A DNA stretch of 63,778 bases, filler included, from Choristocarpus tenellus KU-1152 (taxonomy: Eukaryota > Protista > Phaeophyceae): NCBI GenBank assembly GCA_964200185.2. It is 5 parts of 5 records of this genome, joined end to end, with 100 filler letters (N's around TTAATTAATTAA, not from the genome) between each part and the next. Parts side by side here need not be neighbours in the genome. Positions count along the whole stretch, not along the records: positions 33,628 to 49,088 come from CAXNAD020000996.1; positions 49,189 to 58,494 come from CAXNAD020003795.1; 3 more parts are not named here. One strand, 5' to 3'. Positions 37,639-50,558 of this stretch are shown piece by piece. The notes under the pieces are model-generated. The model was not told the origin of the DNA. It was given only the letters and a program-made list of their open reading frames with translations, and searched no databases. The first letter of the stretch is position 1; every line of letters begins with the position of its first letter. The translations under genes were made by a program, and so were the position numbers.

Positions 37639-40505
37639 TCCAGGCGAAATGGGAAATACCAAAATGGGAAGGGCATGGGTCCAGACAACCTTCCAGCTGA
37701 GATCCTGCAGCTTGGCCTAAGGGGGGACCAAGGGTTATCCTCCAGAACTTACACAAGATTGATTGTGTTGGCTGTTATGTGGAACCAGGTAGTTGTATCC
37801 CTAGACTGGAAACCTTTCACCAAAATGGCAGCTAACCGGACCGACAGGTTGGACTGAGCCTGCTGCCCGGTCTGGATTTACTCTTCTGGTGGCCCTGGAC
37901 CAGTCCTGTTCAATAATTCCATGGTGATGACCCTCTCAGATGGAATAAAGAGCGAAAGTTGAAATTGATCAGCCCTACCACATTGAGTCTAACTGAAGAA
38001 TTACCTTAGCACACTTTTCTTTTCTGATGAGTGTTGATCAGTGATGAGTGGCTATCACATCCCTCACCCCCTCAACAAAGCCCCTTTCGATACATATCTT
38101 GCTATGAGGTATTGTGGAGGACATGGAAACACTCCATCTTGTTAAGGCTAAGTAAGACGTCTGTGGAGGTGTCTACTCTCTTCCTTCATTACCGCGCTAA
38201 AACATGCAGCATCAACTGGGCCTTAAACGGGGCCACCAAATGTTGAAGGACAGAGCTGGAGAGGCAGGGGAGTCTGTTTAATGGCCCAGTTGGTGTGGAA
38301 AGGGATAATAATGAGCAAGGCTTTCTAGCTGAACTAAGTCAAATATAACCATTAGAACAATTTTGTCACTGTACTTCTCTATTGGGGTTGTTTTTTTTGT
38401 CCCTCTTCTTTTTCTCCTTCCCTTTTGTTTTTTATTGTGTGACATGTAAGGACCGATGTTTTTCGGCTTGGACGGACCCGATTTGTTCTTTAGGGGTTAG
38501 TGCATTAAAGTGGTTTCTTTCTCCCACCATTATTTCTTTCATATTATTTTTTTACCTTACTGTTTCACTGGACTTCTTTCGCTTCTTTAGTAGTATTTCT
38601 CTTTATTTCTCAAACAGTGTGTATTGTCTTCATCTGACTAAGTTTCGACTATGGGTCTGTTGGAATCCGTCAGAGAGGCGTCCAAATATATACAGTAGTA
38701 TTATTATATGACAATACTTGTGAAAGTGGCGACTTCAAATGTTTATTTTTTGTCTCATTTTAATCTGGGGACTATTCCGACCCGTGGTCAGAGGTATTGC
38801 ACAATATACCATGAACAATTCTCTTATAAACACCTACTGCAACCAACTGTACTGTAGCGCTACAACTGGTTTTACTTCTTCTTTACTGCCTCCGTTTGTA
38901 CCATGCTTCTCACGTATTGGGTTCACCACTCCCACCACCCGTTGTTCTGTCTCCTTCCTTGAATCTTCTGTTGGACCCTTCCAGACATTGCCGCATCGAT
39001 GTTGTTGGTAAATTGACAGACGTGAAAGTACAAAGTACAATGGTGTACATTACGTTGTTCTTGCCACATGTAATTAATTGGATATCAAAACCAGATTTCT
39101 GATGAAAAACATCTAGCCCCAGTGAGGTTCAAAGTCCCATCAATTTCATATCAAGAACAAGATGTCATCTCCACTGAGGAACGAAGATACCTCTAAACAA
39201 ATAGTGAGTGCCATCAGATGCCTGCCCCAATCCTTGTAAACTTTACTCTAACCCAAATTTCTACCTGTTGTCCAGCATTTTTCTTTATAAGCATTGTTGG
39301 AGGAATGGTTGGCTCAGAATGTCAACAGTTGACATGCTGTATAGCAGGGTCCTGGCCGGCAATGCCCCCATTATTACTCCATTGAAGTTATGCACAGACC
39401 CCGCAGCTACACATGTACGCTTAGCTCGATCAAACTTTGCCAAGGAGGCACAGCTCCATCCTGCTACCCGAGCCAAGCAAAGCCCCACCCCCTGTTGCGC
39501 TTTTCCTCTGGGTAATGCTTGACCACTCTAGCTGCTGTGCGGCAGATGTCCTCCTTCTCTTTTTCAATCAGCCCCCACGTTTACCCCCCCACACACCCTC
39601 GTTTTACCTTTGCTGTTGGAGCACAGTGGGTACGGCCTGGCAGTACCCCTCCCTGACCAGTGAATGTTGACCTCAGTCCATCATGGCTGTTGCATATTGA
39701 ACACCGGAGTACTCAATAACAGGGCTATTGCTCAATAGTATCGTGTTATTCTTTCGATGTATGCAATTATATCAACAAAGCGTGAAACTATTGTTGCGAC
39801 ATGAGGTATAGGGATCAAGAACACGAGAGAATGTTGCAAGGGACACCCAGTAGAAAAAAGAGAGCGTATCCACAATATTTCTTGTCTGATTTATAGATCG
39901 TTTTCAATGAATGGAAACATCCCGTGGCGAATCCATCACCAGGAAGACTTCCGCTCGTGTATGCTAGTTGGTTTTTCGTTTCCACATGTCCTTCTTTCAT
40001 GAAATGTGGTGTTAATTTGTCATCATGAAATTGCTGACCCCCTAAAAAACATAGATTCAAGTTCACTACCAGGTAAGAAACAGAGTGTTCAGCAGAGTCA
40101 CACCGTTTCTTTTTTTTTGTGAATAGATCTTCCTGACATGGTGTACTGCTGATTTTATGGTAACCTCGTATCGTATTGAGAGTTTACAAACAACATGGTT
40201 GTCTCGTTCTAGTGTACACTTGGATTATTGTTGTCGTTGTTACAAACAATATTGGCAATATCAGAAATTGAAGGAGGCTCGTGCACACATTGTGTATTAT
40301 TTTGCGTCCTCTCGTGGATATGTGTTGATTTTAGTCAAGTACACACGCTGGCATCTCGCACACATTGGAGGTGCTAATTATTACAACGTATGGTCGTCAA
40401 GCATTGATACATCACGAAATGTGATCAACGGTTGTTGACGTCGCAAAGCAGTCGAGTTACTCTTCGTCGCCCCATCCTTGATTATCCTCTGTACAGGTTA
40501 CAAGA

Positions 40506-40570
40506 GAGTGAAAGTATCTTAGAAGGTACGAGTTTTGCCCTGTTTGTCCGTTTGGGGTTTATAGACATCT
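40506..40570. mobile_element. MITE family B terminal fragment
   Basis: GAGTGAAAGTATCTTAGAAGGTACGAGTTTTGCCCTGTTTGTCCGTTTGGGG is nearly the reverse complement of the right end of 41627-41886. Confidence 0.8.
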
Positions 40571-41626
40571 CCTAAAACACATAGGAAGTACTATTATTAT
40601 TATCGTACATATACAGCGACCTGTTCCCTAAAGAGAAAAATGATGGGGCAACAATAGTGAATAGAGGAGGTTTCCTGGTATTTCTTAGTTTGTGCACACT
40701 CGATTGTACCTCACTTATTACATGCAAGCATCTGTTGATATGTTGGCAATGCATAGGAAGCTACTCATCCCCTCAAGCCAGACGGCGAATCTCTTCCCCT
40801 GACTTCCACTTCACAGTAAACTGGTCTTTACGGGTTGATGACACACTGTCCAATCGGTGCCCAAGAAATATGGTTGCAGAAGAGGGCGTGAACATCATTT
40901 ATTGTCACACCTACTTGGCCCAGGGCTGGGGAGGGCAAGTGCGGCAGCACTCACCTATGGTCAGGTGACTGGGCAGCATCTGCAGGCAGTTCGGCACTCC
41001 TTGCACCCTGGAGGAGAGAAGCTCCTTCACCGTGGACTGATATTCCCGTCTGTGTAGTATTCCATTATGGGGTACTGTCTGACACAGCCACTGGTCCTTA
41101 CTGGGAAAAGGGTCTACTACTTGATGCAACTTTTAAAGAGCTATCTTCTCTGCCTAAGTTGACTTTTTGATGAACCCGTATTAGAAAGGCCCACTTCCTA
41201 TGGGAATTATTGAGTGAGTAGTGCGTGCATCCTGCTTCACTGAAACCTTCTTAGAGATGATCTTCAAAGGTGACCTTGTCCATGCGTTGAGCATGGTACA
41301 GACTCTACACCTCACCTTCGACCTCGTCATCGAACCTGCTTCTATTCTTCCCATAATGGTTTATCCCCAGCAGCTCTTGCACGGATATGTTCGGCACTGT
41401 TGGATATAGATTATGGACAGGCTCTGAGCTGACAGCACAATTACCCCATTGTCCATCAGTTTTATGGTAACACTCCTAAAAGCCTTGGGATCCTACTCAG
41501 CTTCGTACTCTTGGCAATCACTCTGTCGCTAGGGGTATGGTTGAGTTGTAGTGAGTAATAACTTTGATAGGGTCAGGGTCAGGGTCAGGGTCATTAATAC
41601 TTGGAGTAGTCTTGGGTGTTGAGTGC

Positions 41627-41886
41627 GAGTCAAAGTATCTTAGAGGGTAGAGCCGCGTCTATTTGAGGTTCAAAATCCAATGTTGCGATTTCGATGTAAT
41701 CTTGGCTATCGTGTTTGTTAGGAAGTGTCAATATCCATGTTCCAGACACACCTTTTTCACAACATATATATTCTACCTACTCCGGAATTATTTCGGAGTG
41801 AGAAAATGTCATAAAAAATCCGAGGGATGTGAAGCCCCAAATGGACAAACAGGGCAAAACTCGTACCCTCTAAGATACTTTCACTC
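41627..41886. mobile_element. MITE family B, complete
   Basis: 23-bp TIR GAGTCAAAGTATCTTAGAGGGTA / TACCCTCTAAGATACTTTCACTC; homologous copies at 55606 and 61220. Confidence 0.88.
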
Positions 41887-43130
41887 GTTGAAGCAACAAA
41901 CACCAATAATGGAACCGAGCACACTAAGCATGGACGCGTCAATTCTAAAATCTTGTTTCACCTGTCTAACATGTCCCGGACTCAATAGTTTCTATCTTTA
42001 TCGCATGGGCATAAAACAATGTAGTGCAACAGAGTGTTGGTCTTTGTGAGAGCAATTATTTCCTAATCCAAGGGTAGGTGGATGGAGAGGAGGTGCAGGT
42101 AGACAGTGCCTCTGCGATGACACAAGACCAGGAGGGGCTCGCCTAGGCAAGGATGTTGTGTTCGACCATCACATGACATTAAGAGTGAGGAAAAGTCACT
42201 CACTAGGGCCCTACAACTAGCCAATATCAAGGACAGGATGATAGATGGACCCTTCTTTGTCAATAAAGGTAATACTCTTTGTCATGGAAGCAATAAGACA
42301 ACTTGAGCCTTGTGTTGATGGATACCTGTTCTTGAACGAGATCCATGCAAGCGTGTTGGTCAGCCTTGGAGCTCATTTTAGCTTCTAACTCGGGAACCAT
42401 GCAATGCACGGACAGGAGCAATATCTATGAAAATCTGCCGTGTAGAAGTCTTCCCCGCTCTCTACATTTCTTGATGAAAAACCTCCACTCTTCCGTGTTC
42501 CTACCAGTTATGATGTCTTAGTATTGGCAGGAAGTATCAGCGTTGCTACAAGAACTAGACACACACAGGTTGGGTCTGGTCTGCAAGGCTCAATCCTTCC
42601 CCCCACCTCCCACGTGTGTTTCACTCGCTTCTTAGCAGGTATTTTAATACCAAATATTTGTCTTTAGGGGAAAGGGGGGGACTGCCTTTAAGTGTAATGC
42701 AAAAGATGGATGGATGATGAGTGATCTGATACTAAAATACATGTGTTCAAGGACCAGACATGGTACAAATATTCTGGCGACTTCCACTGAGAGAAAAATA
42801 ATCAGGTGGACACAAGTTCCACTGTGGGGTAACGATATAAAGTATAGGAAATTTCTGGAAGTTCTTTGTTGATGCACCATTCCATTGTTATCCCTCACAT
42901 TGGATTTGGCTGTATATATATATATTGTTGATGAAATGGAAGGGACACTATCGAGCATGACTACATAATATGATATTTTCTTCAGCATCAGTATGTCTAT
43001 CAATGGAACATGATAAGGATGCATACATGCATGTGAATACTGTGATATTTATGTTGTCATGTTCCATCGATGCCAATTGGACTGGAGTGGCATTGGGGAG
43101 GGACACAATGACAGGGCATGCATCTCCAGG

Positions 43131-43396
43131 GAGTCAAACCAAGTGAGAGGTAGATGAGGTTAGATTTCAAAGATCCCGACAAAGGACAAAAATATACCAT
43201 TTTTTTGCAATTAATTACAGTAAGAGCCTTTGCGCATCATTGTGGTGCTATTTTGTGTGTGGAAAAGGGGAATACCAATTTTGCATACAATATTGTGTAC
43301 ATAAAGCAATAAAATAGAATGCATTGCACAGGGCAAGAAAGGTGACTTAGAATGTGAAAGCGTCGAAACCTACCCACCTCTCAATTGGTTTGGCTC
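43131..43396. mobile_element. MITE family A copy
   Basis: GAGTCAAACCAAGTGAGAGGT ... ACCTCTCAATTGGTTTGGCTC. Confidence 0.78.
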
Positions 43397-44885
43397 AGAG
43401 CGGGGTAGCCAAACATTACTTCTTGACTTGTAACGGATCATCTATTTTTTCTACTTGGTGAAGTGGTTGGGTTTAATATTTGAAAAATATCTTACACAAC
43501 ATAATATCAAGATTCTACCACTACGTTAAAAATAGTTTTTCGGCTTGGTGAGTGGACCTTCGACAAAGGTCCTTTTTCTCTTTACTCATTTTTGCACCCC
43601 CTCTCTCTCTAACGAAGGGCTCCAGCACGCTGTATGCTTTCTTCTCCTTGACAACCTCTCCCAATGCAACTGTTTTTTGCTTTGGGGCATCCCTACACCA
43701 TCATAACTTCGAATTATTGTGTGGAAATGAATGAATGAATGAATGAATTAATTAATTAATTAAGTAACTGATCACCATTCAGTAGACGGAATTAGTGTGT
43801 GGGTGTAACAATCAGTAGTGGTCGATGGAATCCTGTCATTGGTATGTACAAGAACGGCCTACTCTTCGTGAGGAACCCGATGGTGAGGACGTCCTACTCT
43901 CGTTCGCCCCTACAACAACAGAATTTATCATTTTAGGTTTCGAACACGTTGTCATCCTTGGTTCAACTTCTATATTTTTCATAATAACATAACGGCTCAC
44001 GTCACTACCGAAAAGGTGTCACAAATACTACTTTCCCTTTTTAAATACGTAAATTTGTAAATATCTCCTCGCGCGCCAGGGTCATTTTCTGCGAACAAGT
44101 TAGGGTTGAGTTCTTGTAGTATGGTAGTACTCTATATTGGTGTTGATCGACCTTCCATAACCACAAGCAAAAGGGCTAACAGATTTTCACCAAGGCCTAC
44201 GACACAGAGACTATGATGACATTTTTGAAAGATGCTAGATGTATGGGGCTCTTGATGGCTTTCGCTGCACTTGCCCAGGAGGCGAGGTGAGTTTGTCAAC
44301 CAAGCATTGAAATGCATGTTGAATCTATGGTTGTGAAAGTCAACTTATTGGCATCTTCAAAAATGCATCTCCTCTGTACCAGATCGTCCACCCTTTGATG
44401 TCCCAGTCGTTGTTGATATGACATTCATCTCCTAGAATCTTCATTTGAAAGAAGGGGGTGTTGAACCCTTATCGCCCCTTCCCTGAAAGGTGTATTGGGA
44501 CGTGGCCACCCTAGCCCACTTTCTGTGCCCCTACCACAACTAAACTTGACCAGAGTTGGAATTACATTTGGCTTGTAGTTATCTTGTGGTGCTTGGACAG
44601 CTTGAACCAGGTCATTGTTCCCTTGTGCTCGCTGTTTTGTCCATGAGCATGTAGAGTGATCGCGACATTTGGGATAGATTCTCCTTTCGGTGGGTGGACC
44701 AGACCCCTGTTTTGAATCCAGATAAGGTAACCTTCCGTATGCCTTTTGTTTACATTCGTAACAACGATTGCTCTGTACTTGGTGGTACTGTCGAGTGACA
44801 ATTCATAGGAGGACCATATTGTTGTTGTGAGACCAGTGGATTGTAGCTCCCATGACAAGTTGAGACTGACATTAGCTACTATAAT

Positions 44886-45245
44886 ATGGACATTAAGCCC
44901 AGGCTATGTGTAAGCCTAGGTCTGTGGGCCCTGGTAGGGCCTGTGGACGGTGTCTCTGGTCTAAGCGGTCAAGCAGATCTTGTCGGATTGTCCGCACCGA
45001 TCATGACATCGCTGTCCGTCGTGGGTTACTACCATACGAACAATACTATAGCGGACTGCGTCGCTGGGGCTCAAACCTTATCCCCTACTTTTAGATCGAA
45101 GAGCCAAGCTGTGTTCTCCTTTTTCCTTCCTCCGGATGGGTTTCATTGGTGGGTCAATGAGTCGAACAACCACCCAGTGTTTCGACCTCGTTACAAAGAG
45201 TCAATGCATCTATATGTGGTGTGTCCACCATCACACCAACAATAG
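44886..45245 (+). CDS. Possible first exon of a secreted protein, or a relic
   Basis: MDIKPRLCVSLGLWALVGPVDG resembles a signal peptide; a GC-rich CTGCAG|...|GTGAG block follows at ~45404-45640, but I could not build a consistent model. Confidence 0.2.
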   Translation: MDIKPRLCVSLGLWALVGPVDGVSGLSGQADLVGLSAPIMTSLSVVGYYHTNNTIADCVAGAQTLSPTFRSKSQAVFSFFLPPDGFHWWVNESNNHPVFRPRYKESMHLYVVCPPSHQQ

Positions 45246-46496
45246 GGAATTGTCCCCAATGTGGTGCATTTTATGGGCAACTCCCCCTACTTTATGCTTC
45301 ACACAAGAAAAGCAGCCGGTGACACTTGTGATCGAGACTAAGCTCTCCTGACATTTTCTCAGCGACCCACATATAGTTACTCATTACTCAATCGCTATCT
45401 GCAGGAGTTTTGGTATCAGCATCAGGGGAGGCGGCCATGTGGGGAGACTGTGTGCTCAGGATCGAGGTCATGCGTGTGCAAGCAGGCCTGGGGTGGTGGT
45501 TGGAAGGACGGTGGGTTGGGTTGAGACTTCTCAATGGTACTACAGTTGCAGAGCGTGCTCTGGCAGATTGAGCACTGACAACACCTGCAGGGGTGGGCAA
45601 AGGAGACCTCAAGACACCTTGACAGTGATGATGGCGAAGTGAGCCAGAGAAGAGTGAAGTGGCGTTGGTGTGATATTTGTATTTTTGAATTTATTTTTGA
45701 ATATTTTTGCATACATTTTTAATTATCATGTGTGCATCATTTTTTTTGTGTAGATTGATTTGTTTACTTGCCTTCTCGGCAATTGTAGGTTTTTATTATT
45801 TATATTTTGTGTAATATCTTGTTAAGGAACCATGCTCTGGAGGCTAAAGCGTCTTCTTGTGATGTGATGATGGCTATGTGACTCTGCTATCCACAGTAGT
45901 CATCACCAAACTTAAATTGTTTTTCAATATCATATGAAAGGTACTATTAATATTATTATTATTACTACTACTACTACTACTACTACTATTATTATTATTA
46001 TTATTATTGTTTTCTATGTACAGCAGTGATCCCTAAATTTGCTTCTTTTTTCAGAATCGTCTTTGAAGGCACTATTATTAATATAGTTATTGTTCATGAC
46101 TTTGTGTTGACATTTATCTAGACGTTCTGGGCACATCATATTTTTTTTGTGTCTTGGACTTAATTGTTACGAGACATGTATGTTTTGGACTTGAGTGCAA
46201 CCGTGCACAACATACCCATGTTTTCTTCTTTGACAGTTACGGCGGTTACGGGTATATACACAACACGGCGTTGAGTGTTGCACTGCCCAAATTTTTTATT
46301 TTCGTACAAGCTTGTTATTAGGAAGTATTTTGCTTTCACATCACTCGGCACACGTGTGCAAGATTGGAATATTTGATTCAAATGTGCCCTCTGGCCTATG
46401 CCTACTTAAATTGATGGATGCAATTCAAGAGATGTTGAGCGTGATTGCATTTTTTGCATATTCATCATTTTGTTGTTTTGATTGTCAAAATGTACA

Positions 46497-46531
<35 letters not shown>

Positions 46532-47133
46532 TTTCTCTAGTGATGAGAATACCATAGCATCCGTTTAAAAAAAGGGATAAGTATTTCAAAATACTTCGAA
46601 ATATATTTTATGTCGCTATTTGTGGGCATCACTGTTAACACACTACTATGATAAAAAATAATCTCAATTGACTTCTGCTGCTTTCTTAAAGGGATTGCCG
46701 TTCTTAGTTTTATTTTAATTATTGGTACAAATGTTCTTTGAAATGTATCAAATCACTACATTTATTGTTATTATTTTGGGCGCGGGATAACCGTATAATG
46801 GGATAATTTTGTCCAATTTTCTCAGGATTGAGAGAGTATTATCACAGTAGAATTGTTTAGCCAGCATTGGCAATAATTCCACCAATTTGGTGCTGTGAAA
46901 AGGTGCATCACTTGTGTGCAACCTTCACACCATATATGTTACGTAACTGTATGTAACTGTATGTTACGAGAACATTTGTGTGTACATTGCACGTGGGAGA
47001 CATCAGCAGTAGAGGTAGATTCTGCACCCCTTTGTTTTCTTCTTTTGATAGGTTATAGCATGGTCATGGTATCTCACTACCCTACTGATGAAACTGACAT
47101 ATCATGTCCAACGCTGGTTGATGAGCAAATGAT

Positions 47134-47327
47134 TCCATCCATCCATCCATCCATCCATCCATCCATCCATTGATCATCCTGTGAGTAGATGTATGCATGC
47201 ATTCATCCATTTATTCATCCATTTATCGGCTACCTTTTAATTATCCTATCCACCATCCATCCATCAATCTGTCCATCCACCCATTCATTCATTCATTCAT
47301 CCATCCATCCATCCATCCATCCATCCA
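47134..47327. repeat. (CCAT)n/(TCAT)n microsatellite field
   Basis: Direct reading. Confidence 0.93.
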
Positions 47328-48123
47328 TTTTCTGTAGTGGTAGGCGTTTTTGATGTCGAGAATGTGATTTCTAACTGAGAATATTTTTAGCTTCCTATTC
47401 TGAAGGCCTTCAAACTGGTTTGAGCTGTGAATATGGTAGTGTGCAGTTGTAGCATCAAACTAGAAGTAATGCTATATTTTAGGTGTGTTACTTTTGTTGT
47501 ACAGGCAGCACCACTTTTAGTTCTGTTCCATGAAAAAACATATTGACCCCTTTTTTTTCCAATTTATCTTCTCTTTTAAGGCAGTACTTTTTTTTGTTTG
47601 TGAACGCCTAGAATATTTGTGAATAGGGATTCAATTTCGAAAGAACTTTCACATAAGGAAGGACTTGTCAGAAACTGGAAGGTAAAGCCCCATTTAAAGA
47701 GATTCGTGAAGTCGATGAGATGCACGGTTCTCTCCCCCACCAATCACAGCTACCCAATGTCATTTCAGTATAACACACACAACATAAACATGATATTTTT
47801 TATTATTTTTTATTAACTTTTTATCAGCCGTTCCTCTCATCCGCATCTCTCACAAGGACAAAAAAACACTGTTAACATGTGCCCTTAGGGTTAGGGAAGT
47901 TCTGTTCCATTTGCTGTTGTCGGTCGGGGCCCTGGGAAGACGCCTCCCTGTGACACATCTATATCTATATCTATATATATATATTTGTGTGTGTGTGTGT
48001 GTGTGTTTTATCGGAGTGATTTAGAATGGCAAACAACACTCTACAGGCACTATAAAAAATGTCGTCTTGTCTGTAGCCAAGGTACAGGATTACTTCCCAG
48101 AGAATAATAAAAATTTTATCAAG

Positions 48124-48228
48124 TCTCTCTCTCTCTTTCTCTCTTTCTCTTTCTCTCTTTCTCTCTTTCTCTCTCTCTCTTTCTCTTTTCTCTTTCTCTC
48201 TCTTTCTCTCTCTCTCTTTCTCTCTTTT

Positions 48229-48261
<33 letters not shown>

Positions 48262-48487
48262 TTCTCTCTCTCTATTTCTCTTCCTCTCTCTCTCTCTCTC
48301 TCTCTTTCTCTCTTTCTCTCTTTCTCTCTCTCTTTCTCTTTCTCTTTCTCTTTTTCTCTTTTTCTCTCTCTCTTTCTCTTTCTCTCTCTCTCTCTCTCTC
48401 TGGGAGTGTTTTTTTTTTCCTCGCCTTTTCTACGCAACAGTTTAATTTCTTTCTTTTTATAGTAGTCTCTCTCTCTCTCTCTCTCTC
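48124..48487. repeat. (CT/CTTT)n polypyrimidine tract
   Basis: About 280 nt almost purely C/T (48124-48401) plus a (CT)n run at 48467-48487. Confidence 0.97.
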
Positions 48488-49088
48488 GAGTTAATTATTT
48501 AATTTATATATTTTAATTTATATATATATTTAATAATATATATATTTTTGCTTTTTTCTATTGAAAGTCTTCTGCACGCGTTTTTCTTCTTTTTTTTATA
48601 ATGTAAGTGACAAGAACGCACCTATAAATGTATCTATTCACGTACTGCTTTGTGTATGTAAAGTATCGCCTGTGCTGCAATATCGTATCAACCAGGCGGT
48701 TGATACGATCTGATAACGAAAAAAGAAAAAACGCATTGACGCCTCTTGTACGCTTTTTCGGGGGGTGGTCGAATCGCACTTTTTTTTCCAAAAAAAATGT
48801 TTTTTTTTCTTCTTTACTTAAGGCGTTTTCCTTTTTTCATTTCTTTCTTCCGCTTCGATCGATTAGAAAATATTTATACTTTTTGTTGTTGTTGTTGTGC
48901 TTTTTTTTCTACAAAAAAAAATCTTCTTTCGCTTTTTTTCTTTCACTTTTGGATTTGTCAGGAAGAGCAACCGAAAGGCTGAGCAAGAAGAGTCCTTTAG
49001 GGAGGGAATGAACCCCATCTCCACAGTGAGTAGTATATCCACGCCCCCCCCCCCCCCCCCCTCCCCCCTTTCCCCCCAACCCTAACTC

Positions 49089-49188
49089 NNNNNNNNNNNN
49101 NNNNNNNNNNNNNNNNNNNNNNNNNNNNNNNNTTAATTAATTAANNNNNNNNNNNNNNNNNNNNNNNNNNNNNNNNNNNNNNNNNNNN
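49089..49188. other. Artificial contig linker
   Basis: N44-TTAATTAATTAA-N44. Confidence 0.97.
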
Positions 49189-49366
49189 GGGGTGGGGGGG
49201 TGGGGGGGGGGGGCGTGGGGGGGGGTGGGTGGGGGGTCTACATCAGGGTGTCCATTCAGGCCCTGTCCAGGAAAAATGCACTTATACTAACATTATCCAT
49301 GCGACGCATGGAACCAAATCACCCAAGAATTGAGACATGGAACAATGGGCCCCAAATGGACGACCG
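49189..49366. mobile_element. MITE family D partial copy at contig start
   Basis: G-run then GGTCTACATCAGGGTGTCCATT...CAGGAAAA...AACCAAATCACCCAA...AAATGGA, colinear with 37460-37638. Confidence 0.75.
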
Positions 49367-49896
49367 TATCAAGGAAGAGGGAAAAAAGGTGTGCACACTA
49401 CTAAGAAGAAGAGTTCCAGGTACACAGAATTGTGAATATTAGTACAATTCTAACAGAACAAAGAAAAAAAGTGAAAACCGGTTATACCTTTTTATTGCAT
49501 GTACGTTAGGTGCAGTAACCAATACTTGAACATTCAATACAAAAAGGTACAGCACAGTGAATGATGAGCGAGATCTTCCAATTCGATGGTTACTTGTTAG
49601 CCAGGTTGACCTCTACATAAAAACCAGCGGTGTCAAGATGCAGATCAATGACACTGCACCAGGAGAAAACGATCATTGTATCAAACCAATGAAAATCACT
49701 GTGATTTTTTTTGTATGTAGTCTTAACCCTGCCATTTGCATCTACAGTAAAAATTGTTCGACGATACACAGAATAACTGAATCTCTTTCAAGGTGATAGA
49801 AAAATAAAATGAAAACGGGAACAGCATCAACCCTCATCCCTCCACAGATCTCACTCTCAGAACCCCCCTTCCCTAGTGACCCCGTTACATACTCAC

Positions 49897-50558
49897 CATT
49901 ATGACAGGAGTGACCAGGACTAACCGTACCAACGCCACAAGTGCCCACCAGCGCCATCTCTGCCTGTGAGACTCATCGCAGACTTCATCATCATTCCAGT
50001 GCAGTCCTAGCACCAATACACCAGCAACCACCTGCGGGATATTCACTAGACACAACACGAGAAGACTAAGTCTGCTCGCGTTAACTCCCCGTACGCCCCC
50101 GTCCACTACGTTCAGTCGGACGTTTCGACGTGCTGCTGGATCGTCTGCTGGGCCACCTCCACCAAGGGTCGCTGCAGCCGCCCCCCCTGCCGCAGCCGCA
50201 GCCGATGTGGCCGCCGCTGCCGCCCCTTGCCCAATCGAACCCCTAGCCCCAACCTCCCCGGAATCATCCAGCAGCCGTACGCCAGTCTCTGCTTCTGCCC
50301 CGTTCGAAATGCCGTCGCTGTTCAGCGAACCGGACATACTTTGCATTCCCAAGATAGATGATATTAGTGGGGTTCGCACGTTGACCCGCGGCTGATCTTC
50401 CTGCACGTAAAGTTGGAGAGGGAGGGTAGTAGGGTAGTATTGGGTAGGAGAGACTGCACAGCATAACAGCAACTTGCATTTTAACTGGTGCTCTCATGGT
50501 GACTTTCTCGACTTACACGTTGGGAGTTGCTTTTAGTCGAAAAGGATGGTGCATCCAT
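49897..50558 (-). CDS. 5' part of a multi-pass membrane protein, probably a TM-anchored RING-H2 E3 ligase
   Basis: Exons 50558-50517 (MDAPSFSTKSNSQR, GTAAGT donor) and 50400-49897 (GTGAGT donor), both phase 0. TM region LLVLCLVNIPQVVAGVLVLGLHWNDDEVCD..RWRWWALVALVRL resembles the N-terminus of plant-type TM RING-H2 ligases; the RING itself is not in the contig. Confidence 0.6.

Noticed and set aside
44170-44290. Copia ADIFTK RNase H end or a signal-peptide exon
   Set aside because: Only IFTKA matches, with an in-frame stop just upstream; no supporting neighbours.
48067-48462. SL-rich and ER/K-rich ORFs
   Set aside because: Translations of the CT microsatellite.
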